A stretch of 64,000 nt of DNA, taken from the NCBI GenBank assembly GCA_964252035.1, contig OZ176203.1; one strand, 5' to 3'. The notes below the pieces were generated by a model. The model had not been told where the DNA came from. It did no database searches and worked only from the letters and a program-made list of their open reading frames with translations. A program made the position numbers and the translations under genes. The DNA is from Podarcis erhardii (Eukaryota). Positions 37,898 to 51,706 of the stretch are shown one piece after another (the stretch's first letter is position 1; every line of letters starts with the position of its first letter).

Positions 37898-39090
37898 GTG
37901 AGTACAATACTGCAGTTGTGGGGTATCAGTGTATATACTGAAACATGTTCTCCCGGGTTTCCTAGCATCAACCCATACTGTCAAAACAAAGACCTCTTCA
38001 CTCAGATTATTGGATTTTTCAGGACATATGAATTATTCATACAGACAGACTCTGATATGTAGGAAGTAACTTTTAATGAATTCATTTTCATTCATATCCA
38101 GACCATATTATTCATTTGTTTAGCTATATGGAGTCAGGAGCAAGTGCTGAATATTATTGTTATTATTACACTTAATTTATTAATTGCCTTCTAAACCACT
38201 GTTTCTAAGGTGATTTACACATAAAATAATAAATCTAAAAACACCAGTGCAACAAATACATTTTAAAAAAAGATGAAAACCCTAAGAAGTGGATACTCAT
38301 TGTAAAATGGTATATAATAAAAACATACAAAACACTGTTTAGCAAAGTTAGGCTGAAGCCTTTTATTATTATTATTTGAGTCATATTACTTCTCACTGGC
38401 TGTTCCATAGTTGTGGAACTTCCCTAACTTTACAAACATGTAGAAAACTCAAAAACTTTCTGATTTTGCAGATCATGAAGGAGACGGTCCCTAAACACTG
38501 TTGACTTTCATACACTAAGGACTTTGTAGATCCAGGTCACACACTGGGCCTTAGAAGAGTATAAAGATCCAGTGCAGATAGCAGACCTCAGTGCCGCCAG
38601 TAGCCTAACCCAGTCAGGAATTGCCTCACAACACTTTGCACAGTCCCTACTTTATGGAATCATTTTGGCGGGAAAGAACAAAGACATTTCATAATGGCCC
38701 TACATATCTACATTATCTATCTATCTGTGGTGGTAGTGATGGTACACCCCATTTCTTCCTAATCAATTCAAAACAGCTAGCAGCATTCTTATAATCAGTG
38801 CTGTTGCTACAGTATAGCATACTCAATACATTAACTGTTTATTTCAGAAAAAGGTTATTTCATAAAGTTGCAGTCCAGTGCACATCTGCTTGGGAGTAAA
38901 GCTCACTGAGCAAAGTGAGACTTACTTCCAAACCTCATCTGAGCTAAAGATGTCACTCCAATCCTTTGTCCAAAACTGGATTTCCTATTCATACACTAAG
39001 ATTTACTCCACTCTTTCGAACAATGGAAAACCATCATTTTGCCACCCAGAAAAAATATCATTTTCTTACGCACTATGTAGGATAGCTATA

Positions 39091-39321
39091 TAGTGGTACC
39101 TTGGTTTTCAAATGTAATCCGTTCCAGAAGATCGAGTTCTGAAACGTTCGAAAACCCAATAGCCGACAGCTAGGCCTCAGGATCTTGCACTCAGCGGAAG
39201 CCACGTGGCATGTTCAACTTCTGAGGCATGTTCAAAACCTAAAGCATTTACTTACGGGTTTACGGCGTTCGAAAACCAAAATGTTCATCAACAGACACAT
39301 TCGAAAACCGAGGTACCACTG
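39091..39321. mobile_element. Tc1/mariner (Tigger-like) MITE, second family
   Basis: TIRs (c>t)agtggtaccttggtttt / aaaaccgaggtaccactg, TA flanks, and internal ttcgaaaac repeats. Confidence 0.85.
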
Positions 39322-39411
39322 TATTACATAAGACCAGACATCAGTCTAAACTCCATACTAGCCCCTGAAATCACCCTTCTCCTTTAAGCAAGGCCAAATA
39401 CCCATCCATCC

Positions 39412-39570
39412 AAGACATCTGAAGGCAGTCCTGTTTAGGGAAGTTTTTAATGTTTGAAGTTATATTTTGTTTTTAATGTTCTGTTGAAAGCCACCCAGAG
39501 TGGCTGGGGAAACCCAGCCAGATGGACAGGGTAGAAATAATAAATTCTTCTTCCTCTTCTTCTTCTTCTT
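39412..39570 (+). mobile_element. L2 3' tail ending in (TTC)n
   Basis: aagacatctgaaggcagtcctgtttagggaag...gccacccagagtggctggggaaacccagccagatgg. Confidence 0.85.
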
Positions 39571-42500
39571 CCCCCAAAATTCACCCTGTTTATTTGGCAC
39601 AAGCAGCATGCCAATCAGATCCCCATCCAAACCTCAAACATTATGCTCATCAGGCACCCATCTGAATCCCAAACTCCAGCTCTTTCCCCATGGCCAAATG
39701 ATCATCTGGGTATAAAAATTATATTTTTCTTTTGGAGAGACCAGATGCTCTTCTGAATCACATCCCCTGATGCATCTTAGCCTTATAGGAGAAGAATGCC
39801 ATTAAAATTAAGGTTTGCCGTTAAGTATCATTATTTTCAAGAGTTCTCGCTTACAAGACACAGGTCGTTGTCATGCTGATTTGAGAGCAATAATTTCCCT
39901 TTCCTCCGCTGTAACCTGTGTATGCTAGATAATATTGATGGATACACGTGGAAGACTATGTAGGTGGAAAGGACTACAGATTTCAAATGGAAGAATTCTC
40001 TGTACTGTATGCATCCCTCCCAAACGTGGTCACTCTAGGGAGGGGTGGCCAACTATTCAGATTCCTCTCCTGATGAGAGTTGCAGTCTAGCAGCATCTGC
40101 AGGACACCACTCTGGCTACCCCTTCTCTAAGGATTCCACTCAAAGCATCTCTGGCTGGTTATCACTGCTGTGATGTGCAAATGAAATGCTCAAGGAACTT
40201 TGAGGTGAGGTGCGGTGAAGGATTCTGCATCAAATATAGTTCTAAAACATATTCAAGAACATTCCACGACAGCTTCTCAGACAAGCCGCAACTTCTGCAC
40301 TGCTAGATAATGCAGTTGTATAGCGCACACATCGTTTACATGGACTGAACATACAAAAAGGAAAAAATAAAACAATTGCAATTTCAGTGGCATTCTTAAG
40401 TTAAAAATTAGCATCACTGGATTTTTCAAAACTGATGGTGCCCACCTGAAACTGCACTGTGACAGAATAATTATTTTGCCATTGAAGTTATCTTAGATTT
40501 GAACTGAACAGAATATAGTTCAGCATTCCCCAAACTAAATATGATGCACCTGTTGCAAGTCTTTAGGTCCGTTGTATGTTTAATTCAAAGATGTCAACAC
40601 AAGCTCTTTACTTTTATTTAATGATTCTCTTTTCATTTTATATTGAATTTGAAATTACCGTGTAGCTGAAACAAGTTGCAAAATGTCTGACATTTCTGGT
40701 CAGCTGTTTAATATACTGAAGCTTTACAAGAATTCCAACAAAAAAAGCCCTTTGGATGAATTGGGCATATGTAAAATCTCAGTTTCAGTAATGATTTGGG
40801 GATGTCATAGTTTCCTTCTTCTGATGTGGTTTTAAAATGAAAATTTACAAGCAGGAAAAAAGGAAGAAGCCAGCTTCTAAAGCCAACCAGACTTTGTGGA
40901 GGCCAATAAAAAAAAATCAGGTCACTGCAATAAAAGTAAGGTTATCCATTTCTTTTTTAAGTTAGAAAACAACAACCTGTCTAAGCACAAAGGTTGGAAG
41001 TTAGCCATGTTATTGGTATTATTGTTAACTGAAATCACTTTAGCTACCATTTACCCTTTCTTCTTTCATACATTCTAACATTTTTAGGAAGCAGTGCCCA
41101 CACACAAATCTGTTCACATTTTATGACCAACGCAAAATTGGCTTACAGTCGTCTCTAAGAGGAAAAATAAAAAATGAGCAAGTGTGGAATTAAGGCACAC
41201 TATATGTTTTATTTTCCAGCAAACAATCTGTTTAACCTTTTCACAGAAATGAGAAAGTTAATTAGTTAGTGAGACTTGAGGTATCATCCCAATATTTGTT
41301 TACAAAACAAGTGAGGAAGCACGAAAGTGGCTTGGCATAAAGTCTGGGGATGGAATGAGCCATAGCAGTGTGATTCTTTTTTATTGCCTCAAATCAGATG
41401 GCCACGGTTCTTTATGAGGCACAATAGTGTTTGAGTCCAGTGTGCGTTGCTGCTTTTGCCACTCTAAATTCTACGAATCTACTGCAAATTCAATCTTTAT
41501 TTGCTTTAACAACTTATAGGCTGCCTTTCAACATAAAAGCTTTCCCAAGGTGACTTACGATCAGTATATTTAGCAGTGTTTCTTAAACCAAAATCCAAAC
41601 ATTTTAGACTAAAAGAGCAACACAGAACCATTCCTAAACCAGAATAATTTTTTAACTATTCAAAACAGAGAGCTGTGATGTTGTTGTTTTTCTGGGAGGC
41701 AAGAATTCAATCCTTTTAGACCTCGGGCTGATGGCAGGGACCAGAGCGTACATTCCTTTGAAGAAAGGATATGGACTTGTATGTCCCTTTATATATCAGC
41801 TGCCATGAGACAAACCACCTACTATAGACCAGTCCTCAGTTAATCATGGAATTTGCTTTGGAAGTGGAAATGGGTTCTCATTCTTCCACATGCTCCAGGT
41901 GTTAATGTGGTCAAGGTATAGGCACACACTGTTGAGATTCTTAGCTACTTCTCAAAAGCACCTCAGCCACAAACTTTTTAGGCAAGGTGTGGTCCATTAG
42001 TCTTAGCCTCCCATCTCTAATAATAATCCAAAATAATTATGTACATGGTTCCCCAACAAATACAGCTTGTTTCATCCAAGTACCTTATTATGTAATGCTG
42101 AGAATGCTGAACCATGGAAAAGGTTTTTACTGGGCTCTCACCCCAGCAAATGCTCATTAGACTGACAGTTTTGGAAATGACACAACTTTTATAAAATGCC
42201 TAGCCAGCCAAACTTATAATGTGCACTTGTTTGTAACAGGCTCTTGGACTGTAAGGGGTGAATGATACTGCCATATCATACAGGGATATTGTAAGGATAA
42301 AAAAAAAAATGTAGTTGAAGTTCTTTCACATATTAAGGGCACCATGTGATTGAAAGCCGCACCTGCATTTCTTTTGATGAATGGTATCATATCAATAATA
42401 CCTTTCTTTGAAACCAACAATGCACCTATTCTTGTAAATTTTCAGGAACTCACCAAAGAGAAAGTACTTAGTTTGGCACAATTTTTATTATGGATTTCAA

Positions 42501-43959
42501 GATTCATGCGATTTTCCGTAGTGGCATGAAGAATTCATATCGGCTTGCTACTTTTATCCAAGATCACTGTATTTTTACAGTGCATTTTATGAAACCTAGA
42601 ATACAATTACCTTTTTGTTCTGGGATTCTGTATATAGTCTCGAGCAGGGACCTAATTATTGTTGCTGATTGAGATATGTTTTCAGTAGATGTCGTACTTC
42701 TTTTAAAGAGTCACTTATAAAGGTAAAAACAAGAAGTCTAGGCTCAATATTTGTGTTTTGAATTATCTAGACCAGGTGGGAATATGCAGTATACCTTCCC
42801 TCCTTTTACAGTATATAGTGCAATGTTTCTACTTCATAGCCCACAAGAGGATTATAATATAAATTTAAAAGTACTTTCTTGGTGGATATTTTGACATTTT
42901 AAAGCACTGAAAATATGACTGGAACAGTGTGGTGTTAACATTTTGGAAAGCCTTTTTATAATAGAAATGCTAATTTATGCATAAAAGTGGAAACCCACAA
43001 CCAAATGTTTTGCTGTATTCTTGGGTCCTACTATCTATTTACAGTTCCAGATAGTCTGCAGCATCAACATTAGTTGAGACTCACAAGGGTTGGGGAGGTG
43101 ACATTTTCCCCACTCTCCTAAAACCTTTCCCCTTTGTGTTATATAGCACTGAAGGATTCATGTTTGGAATAGCTGCCAGCTCTGATCCTGAGCCCTGTCC
43201 AGCACTAGATAAAATTTCTGGAAAATGAAAAATTACAAAGATGTTCCCCTCCTGTAACATCTCTATGTAGCACAGGAAGGAGAAGTGTTTATTTTGTTTT
43301 TAACTGCATGTCTCCCAACTGCTCCAGAACATTGTCCATGTCAGGGGCTTGGGTAGACCAAGTCCCTCCTTCCTTTTTGTTCCATACTGACACTAAACTA
43401 CCATCAACATTCCATGGCAGCCAGTTTCCTCCTCTTCTTCTTCAACTGGCACCCCAAAATCATGCATCTGCTGAAAACCAATGAACACATAAATCTCTGT
43501 TTGTGCAGCTTGACTTTTTTCAGAAGTGTTACTTTGGATAAGGATCTCTGGCCAAATAACAAACAACTGTACAGCAACATATGAATCCCCTCCCTTTGCA
43601 TCTATTGCTGAATAATTTTTGTTGTTAGATTACAAGGGAAATGATACGTTACATTCAACAGCCATTTAATGACATCACTCTGATAGCGTTACCAGTTTTA
43701 GCTCATTGCATTTCAAGTCATCATAATAGAAAGTCCTTTCCTGTCACAACTAAATTGTTAATTTTATCTATACTACTTTCCACTCAAAGTCTTAAGGAGG
43801 TTTACAACAGTTTTAAGATTGGTTATGGGCTGATCTACAAAAACTAGCAACATACTCCCATGCAAGTGCTTCAGCACATTGGACAACCACTGTGTTTGGG
43901 GCTGGTACATTCATGACAAGTTACAGTTTACAGACTTTCCCCCCATTAGTCCATAAATT

Positions 43960-44690
43960 AGTTTTGTGTTGTCTGAAGTATTTCCTTTTGTCCTGAATCT
44001 CCTACCAATCAGTTTCATTGGGTGACCTGTTTCCTGTATTATGTCATACAGTTTGGTCATGGCCACTAGCTTAGATAGCTTTGAAAAACAAATTAAAGGA
44101 GGAAAAGAATGAGAATTGTCTATCCACTTTCTCTATGCCATGCATAATTTTAGAAATCTTGTTCATGTTCCCCCCCCCCCCAAGTTGTCTTTTTTTTCCA
44201 AAATGAAAAAGCCCCAAGCATTCTATCTTTTCTTTATAGAAGGGTTGTTCCAGTACTCTTGAATTTTTACTACTCTGGATAATTTAGTATCATCTGAAAA
44301 TTTGGCCACCTCAGTGCTCACCCTAACTTCAGATCATTTGTGTAGAAGTTTTTTAAAAAAGAAAACCAGTCCCAATACAAATCCTTGGGGGATTTTACTT
44401 TTTACTTTCTTCCATTGTGAAGACTACCCTTTTATTCCTACTCTCTGCTTCTTGTTTTTTAATTTTAATGACAATATATATTCTGATTCCATGTCTGTTA
44501 AGTTTACTCCATAGTCTGTGATGAATGACTTTGTGAAAAGCTTTTTGAAAGTTTTAAGTATGCGGTGTGTACCAGATCACTCTATGAGCATGCTCAAAAA
44601 ACTCTTTTTAACGTTTGTGAACTTACCTTTGCAGAACACATGCTGGCTCTTCTTTAGCACCATTTTTTTCTTTAATAATGCTTTTAATCA
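43960..44690 (-). mobile_element. Degenerate CR1 RT and 3' fragments
   Basis: The minus strand encodes KNKKQRVGIKG...VSTEVAKFSDDTKL, followed by pieces resembling the CR1 3' region. Confidence 0.75.
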
Positions 44691-44948
44691 CTTTGCCTAC
44701 CTGCTATTTGTATGAGCAAGTTGCTCCACATAGGATTCTTTGTGGTACGGTCAGCAGTATAGTATCTGCTTGGCATGCAGAAGGCCACAAGCTCAATTCC
44801 TATCATCTCCACACAGGGCTGGGAATGGGAAACCCCAAAGAGCTGCTGTCAGTAAGTGCACAAATTACTGTTACACGTCACCCCAGTCTCTGAGAAATGA
44901 GAGAATCCAGGGTTTCCAGGCACTTACCCAGGTTCAGTTACCTTGGAG

Positions 44949-45300
44949 CAGGGGTGGAGGAAGGGGGTGCGGTAGGTGTGGTCCGCCCCGGGTGTCACCA
45001 TTGAGGGGGGTGACAAAATGCTGGGCGACACTCACCGCGGGGCCTGCAGCGCGCCCAAGCCATGCGTCTCTCCTGGGAGAGACACGTGGCTTGGGCGCGC
45101 ATAGGCTCCACACTGCCCAAACGGTTGTCCCACTGCCTCTCCCCCAGCTGTAGATCGGCTGAGTGGGAGGAGGCAGACAGACTGGAGGCCCCGCCCTCAC
45201 CCCTCCCCTATGGGTGGCTTGCTCCACTCCTGGGCGCTCTGCCCCAGGCACCCAAGCGGCTTCCTTCCCCAGTGCCTTGGAATGAAGGCCAGCAGAGACA
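44949..45300. mobile_element. GC-rich non-autonomous DNA transposon fragment, probably hAT
   Basis: It begins caggggtggaggaaggggg...ccgccccgggtgtcacc...ggggtgaca with an abrupt rise in GC and CpG. No matching second TIR was found. Confidence 0.35.
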
Positions 45301-45867
45301 CTGGTATCTTTAGGATATATGGTTGTATTTACACATATATAACCTGGTTATAAGATAGATGGGCTCACAGCATTGACACTCTAACAGATCACAAGTTTTG
45401 ATCCAGCAAAGAACAAGCATGTCTCTGTGTCTCCAGCTTTCCAGCCTGCTTCTAACTCAGCTCACACCGACTAGACTCCTATTGTTCTCTCCCTCTGGAA
45501 GCTAGGTGGGCGAGGGGGAGCCAGAGGCACACCCATTTTCTTCCTTTTCCTCACCATCACTTAGTTGTACCTCTTGCAACCTAGCCCATTCTTTTGGGAT
45601 TCTGATGAGGACACTTAAGTGGCCAGCTAAGGCCATGGTCTCACCAAGAAATTTGTCTGACTAGTTCGGCAAACTCTTCTTGTTAGATTGTCACCTCACA
45701 GGATACCAGACGCGAAGAACTGGAAGGGACTCAGGACATTATCTACACTGACCACTACCAAACCTACAACATTACTGGCTAAGATGAACCAATGATTTGA
45801 CTTGGTATAAGGGAGCTTCCCGTGTTCCTATGCACAATCATGGTGACACTTTATCAAGCAGCAACAA

Positions 45868-46115
45868 TTTCTTCTTCTTCTGAACTTGTAGCTGATAAGA
45901 TTGTCTTCCATGAATGTGGTCTTAACAATGTGTCCATAAGTTACTGTGGAGGCCAATTCTGGATCCGCACATCGTTCCACAGTGGGGACATAGGTTTCCA
46001 GGTGGGAGTTGATCATGGTGAGGACTTGCCAAATGTGCCTCCCTCTTAGCTTGTTTCTCCCTTTCGTCCTGAGTTCGTCCATGATGCCTTTGGTGAAGGC
46101 TGTTCTCTAATTGGA
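45868..46115 (-). mobile_element. RTE-clade LINE (non-BovB) 3' end
   Basis: It encodes REKQAKREAHL...PGNLCPHCGTMCGSRIGLHSNLWTH (RTE C-terminal C2H2-like motif) and has a (GAA)n tail. Confidence 0.8.
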
Positions 46116-46339
46116 GCACTTGCAGGCTGGTGTTTATACTACATTATTTTATATTTGCTTTGAGAGCATCTTTAAACCTCTTTTGTTGTCCACCGGCATT
46201 ACACTTCCTTTCTTAAATTGGGAATAGAGTAGTTGCTTTGGAAGATGATAATGAGGCATGACCATTCCAGTGAAGTTGATGTTGAATTACATAATCTCAG
46301 TAACTGCATGTTTATGGCTAGATCATATGAATAGTGCCT

Positions 46340-46600
46340 CGGCCTCTGCAAGAGCACCTAAATGGTTGCATTATTTTCTGATGTTTTTCTTGCCATGAGC
46401 CAATTTCCCTCATGTTACAGAGGCCCAACTGGCCTCCTCTAGAAGTTGGACATTTAGTGTCACTGATCCCATGCTGTGGAACGCTCTTCCAGCAGACATT
46501 TGGCAAGCATCCTAGCTTTTGACTTTCAGGCTGGCAGACTTATGCAGTTGCTTAAAATGTTATTGATTAGTCTGTCATTTTAAATGTTGTTCTGTACTGT
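46340..46600 (+). mobile_element. Old L2 ORF2 C-terminal fragment
   Basis: It encodes a decayed TFSVTDPMLWNALPADI.QA, similar to the 14107-14394 motif. Confidence 0.55.
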
Positions 46601-46840
46601 TTTAAATAGGGTTTTGCATTTTATTGGATACATCTTGTTGTATACTGTCCCAATATTTTATGAGATGGTGGGATCTAAATACTTTTATTAATGAATGAAT
46701 ATATAATAGAATCATTGAGTGGGAAACTGGGGTAAAAATGGAATAAGTAATAAATAAATTTAGGTAAACTACATCACTGACAAACTCAGTAGTAGCTCTG
46801 CACACTTCTGAGGTGCTTGTGTAGGGACTTATAACCAGCA

Positions 46841-46842
<2 letters not shown>

Positions 46843-46902
<60 letters not shown>

Positions 46903-46908
46903 TGTGTG
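46843..46908. repeat. Compound (TC)21(TG)12 microsatellite
   Basis: Read directly from the sequence. Confidence 0.97.
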
Positions 46909-47364
46909 TTGTCATGAACTCATGCTTTTAGGAAATTCTCTTTCATCCCTTCTGACTCAGACTCTGTGTGTTGCTTATAAAAGGACAGGAATAAATAAAT
47001 AGAGATCATATCAACCTTTTAGCCTGGGTAGTTTTCAGCTACTAGCAAGTGCCTATTTAATGCAGTCAGGAGAGGACAACAGACAATATATAAAGCAAGG
47101 TATACATTGGATTGAAGTTTGGAATTGAAGAGAAAAATAAATATCTGTTCAATTTTTAGATTGTTTCCTGAATCGATTTAAGAACATGAAAGGGGAAATA
47201 TAACATGGTCAATTGCACGTAGATATTTTATTATCCCTGCTAAATGCAGATAGTGAAAATAGGGCTTTCTATGCATGCATATTGGTACACATGTTAAACT
47301 TCCATTCAGTTGGGAACCCTGCACAGTCAGATTAAGTATGAAGAATCTGTGCACTTTCCACTGT

Positions 47365-48373
47365 GTTGTTGTTGTTTTTGTTTAGTCATGTCCGACTCTT
47401 CGTGACCCCATGGACCAGAGCACACCAGGCACTCCTGTCTTCCACTGCCTCCCACCTTTTGGTCAAACTCATGCTGGTAGCTTCGAGAACACTGTCCAAC
47501 CATCTCTTCCTCTGTCGTCCCCTTCTCCTTGTTCCCTCAATCTTTCCCAACATCAGGGTCTTTTCCAGGGTGCCTTCTCTTCTCATGAGGTGGCCAAAGT
47601 ATTGGAGCCTCAGCTTCACGATCTGTCCTTCCAGTGAGCACTCAGGGCTGATTTCCTTAAGAATGAATAGGTTTGATCTTCTTGCAGTCCATGAGACTCT
47701 CAAGAGTCTCCTCCAGCACCACAATTCAAAAGCATCAATTCTTCGGCGATCAGCCTTCTTTATGATCCAGCTTTCACTTCCATACATCACTACTGGGAAA
47801 ACCATAGCTTTAACTATACGGACCTTTGTCGGCAAAGTGATGTCTCTGCTTTTTAAGATGCTGTCTAGGCTTGTCATTGCTTTTCTCCCAAGAAGCAGGC
47901 GTCTTTTAATTTTGTGGCTGCTGTCACCATCTGCAGTGATCATGGAGCCCAAGAAAGTAAAATCTCTCACTGCCTCCATTTCTTCCCCTTCTATTTGCTG
48001 GGAGGTGATGGGACCAGTGGCCATGATCTTCGTTTTTTTGATGTTGAGCTTCAGACCATATTTGCGCTCTCCTCTTTCACCCTCATTAAAAGGTTCTTTA
48101 ATTCCTCCTCACTTTCTGCCATCAAGGTTGTGTCATCTGCATACCTGAGGTTGTTGATATTTCTTCTGGCAATCTTAATTCCGGCTTGGGATTCATCCAG
48201 CCCAGCCTTTCACATGATGAATTCTGCATATAAGTTAAATAAGCAGGGAGACAGTATACAGCCTTGTTGTACTCCTTTCCAAATTTTGAACCAATCAGTT
48301 GTTCCATATCCAGTTCTAACTGTAGCTTCTTGTCCCACATAGAGATTTCTCAGGAGACAGATGAGGCGATCAG
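47365..48373 (-). mobile_element. RTE-BovB LINE, about 1 kb 3' fragment, frameshifted
   Basis: ORFs 48122-48340(-) and 47386-48024(-) carry BovB RT motifs (GVQQGCILSPCLFNLYAE; ITLPTKVRIVKAMVFPVVMYGSESW) and a (CAA)n tail. It is flanked by gcact(t)tccactgt at 47351-47364 and 48374-48386. Confidence 0.95.
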
Positions 48374-51300
48374 GCACTTCCACTGTACACACATACAAAT
48401 GCAGTTCTTGCTTTAATACAGAGGCAGAGGCAGCTAATCTGATCCTATAACTTGCATATGTTTTGTATAGCTGTGAAGCCAAGCATATCAAGGGGCTATA
48501 GTGTTGGGGTTTTGTTTGTTTGTTTACTGCAGTGGATATTCCTTTAATGAATACAGAACAGGTGGCATTTATTGGACAGAAATTTATTGGACAAAAATAG
48601 ATTTCTACTTGTAGGAAGTTCTGATTGCTGAATTTTTGCTTGTTGGCTGGCTGTTAAAAGCAGTCAGTCCTACATTTGCACCTTCTTCCCAGATCGAACT
48701 GCTCAGAGCTCAAACTAGATAGTAACATTCATCAGCTTTCTTTTCTTGAGAAACGATGCCATCATGTGGCCGTTTTTATGTACACATTGGGGAAAAATCA
48801 GGTGTTTTGAATTTTCCTTTAGCTAACTTTATTGCTTATTATCCATCAACAGATTAACTACCACGTAAAATAAACAGTATCTTAATTCATTGAATGTGTT
48901 ACTTGAAAGAATATTAGATTAAGGAATTGGTTTTAACACAGATAAATAATTTCTTTGGAATTGTTAATGGATTATTGGCAATAGTGCAATAAGATCTGAA
49001 ATCATTTTACAAGGAGGAGTTCTGATTAAGTTTCTTTTCAAAACTGACACTGTTAATCTTCTTTCATTTACATTATGCTTACAACTGAGCTCTAGCATTT
49101 TTTAATAATCAGATTTTACTTTTCCTGCATATTTTAAAGCTACCTAATAAGAATATTTTTGAATATGAAAATTTCAGAATTCTCTTTGGTTATTGGGGTT
49201 TAGTCTAATAATTAGTCAGAATTTTACTAGAATTATACTACTTTGGTTTGCAACTGTATGCATTCTTTTAATATAAGTGCAGCCCATTATGGAAATAAGT
49301 TAAGTTTAAATCAGGAACTCAAGTCCAATTAACTGAAATCTAGTATTCTATCTGAATCTACAGCCTTAGTCACCCTTGTAAATCATAATTACTAGGCTCT
49401 GTGCAGCTCCAAGTAACATTTCATGCACACTCAAACACTACAATTAACAGTTCCACCATTCAGAATTCAGTACCTTCCTCTTCTTTTAAAGTGGTTGTGT
49501 TAGCATAAAGGATCTGACATAATCTGATGTTTCATTCCAAACAGAATGGTACATGCATATTCCTGACTATTAGTAAGTTTTAAAGGGATAACAAAAACAT
49601 TTTCCAGACCCTTGCCCATAGGATAAAATCCCCTTGTCAGCCCCTGTCAGCATTCTGAAAGTATGACACATGGGCACAATCTGTGTTATATCACCCCTCC
49701 CTCCAGGCTATATGACCATTCATTGCTTGCTTGGGTAAGAATAGCCTTTGCATTTTCACACCCTTTCATTTGTGTGCCATTTCTGAATCAACCTGCTTTC
49801 ACAAAAAGGAACAAACTCTTATACAGTAGTTTCTCAAGCAGAGTCCATTGGGATTTCTATGTTGATATTCACTGGGCAGTTAACAAAGGCTGCTTCAATT
49901 CACAGAAACATTTCCCACTGTATTAACTTTAAAGAAAGTGGCAGGTCTGGGAACAGAATGAGACAGGAGTCCTTTCTTCTTCTTTGTTCTGAATATTCTA
50001 TGCAGTGACAATTAGGTGAGTGAGTGAATTGATTTGTATATTTATCAGTTAAAGAATATTTCAGATGTATGGATTATTTATTTGGATGCCATTTTTAAAT
50101 GAATGTTCTTAGTAGCCTGTGATGCACTTCTTTACCTTTGGCTTTGTTTTTGTAAAAGTGTCTTTTCATTCCGCCCCATTCCTGATACCGAAATGGGTGA
50201 ATAATGAAGTGTTTGATTTAGTACATGTCAAAAGTAAGGCCACCCTGAGACAGGATTAAGCCCAAAAGGCTTGAAGGCCCCTGCTTATCATTGAACTGGG
50301 CTATTTAAGCCTATTTTTCACACTCATTTTTGACAAGATGGCTTTTACCAGTCATTTTCAGATGGCAACCCTTTCTTCTGAATGTACCACACCTGGTGAG
50401 ACATTAGATCCATGTCATCATGTATATTTCTCATGTACCGGAGAATGATTTCTTAAACAATTCTCTATGACATGGTAAATTTCAGCTGATGAGGGTACAA
50501 CCACTATTCACAGTTATGAATGGAAGCCAGCTGTTTTGCTATACCAAAAGTGGTTGCAAAATCTGGTCTTCCTTTAGGAACACCTTTTCTTCAGGGGATG
50601 AGTTTCTTAGGCTTATTTTTTCTCTCCATCAGTCTTGCTTTTCTTTACTATTTACAAATTAATCTCTTTTCTTCCTCTTTTTCCTCTTGCGAGAGAGCAA
50701 TTGGGGGTGGAGACATGGTATTAACCCCTGTCCTTTGCAAACATGGATTCAAACCCTCACTTCTGGAAGCAAAGTTGCTTAGGGTAGCAGCTTGAAATGG
50801 GCAGGGAAGGGTTTAAATATCCTCTCCCTTCTCCACTCTGCCCCTCTGAAGTGGATTTTATTCTTTGAAGGAAATAATGTTGAGGGTTTAATAGGCATAT
50901 TTAAGTTTCAGATGTAGTTAGACCCTATATTTCAGGAGTTGTGACTTGCATACATACTATCGTCTGTTGTCTGGTTATGAATATATTTAACATATCTGGG
51001 GACTTGGGAGAAGGTGTTTGCTTTACACATAGAAAATTTGCTTATGAAACGTAAGTGGGTGGGGTTTTAAATTCTCTAGACCTCTTATTCCAGAACAATT
51101 TCACACTTAACGTTTTAATTGCAGGTTCTGAATAAAGGTGTATTCAGAAAGGGCACAGTAATCAAATGCAACTGTAGTTCTTATCCCGGCAGGCAATGAA
51201 TGGAGATGGGTGGAAAATAACATAGGTTATGTTGAAAACACTGGGGTAACACTGGTGAACTAAAAACAATTGCTACATGAAGTGTGAAGTGGCTCCCAGA

Positions 51301-51706
51301 CTTAAAGGAATTGTAACATTTCCAATGAGATCCTGGTGGTTCTCGATAGTGTAGCCCACTTGGCGGTGGTGGCAGTGAGACACTGTGAGGATTCAGAGGT
51401 TTTCTGCAGAGCCGACTCTACTGTTACCCAACAGCCTCATGTGGCAGATGCTGGAGTGGGGGTGGGAGGAGAGAAAGTGTTTGAGAGCAGAGCTAGTCTG
51501 TTCCCCTTAGGGAGAGTGGAAGATGTTGTCTCTTTACCTTTGTGGAAATCTGATTCAGCTGCCATTCCAGCCAGTTTCTGTCCAAGTCATGGGAGGGCAC
51601 CATCTTGTCCTAGGCTTTGGGGAAGCCCTCAGTTTTGGTCTCTTAAATTGAGGCTGGGCTGGCCAACAGCTGTGTCATTAGATGCCCTTCCCCTGGCATT
51701 TAAGTA

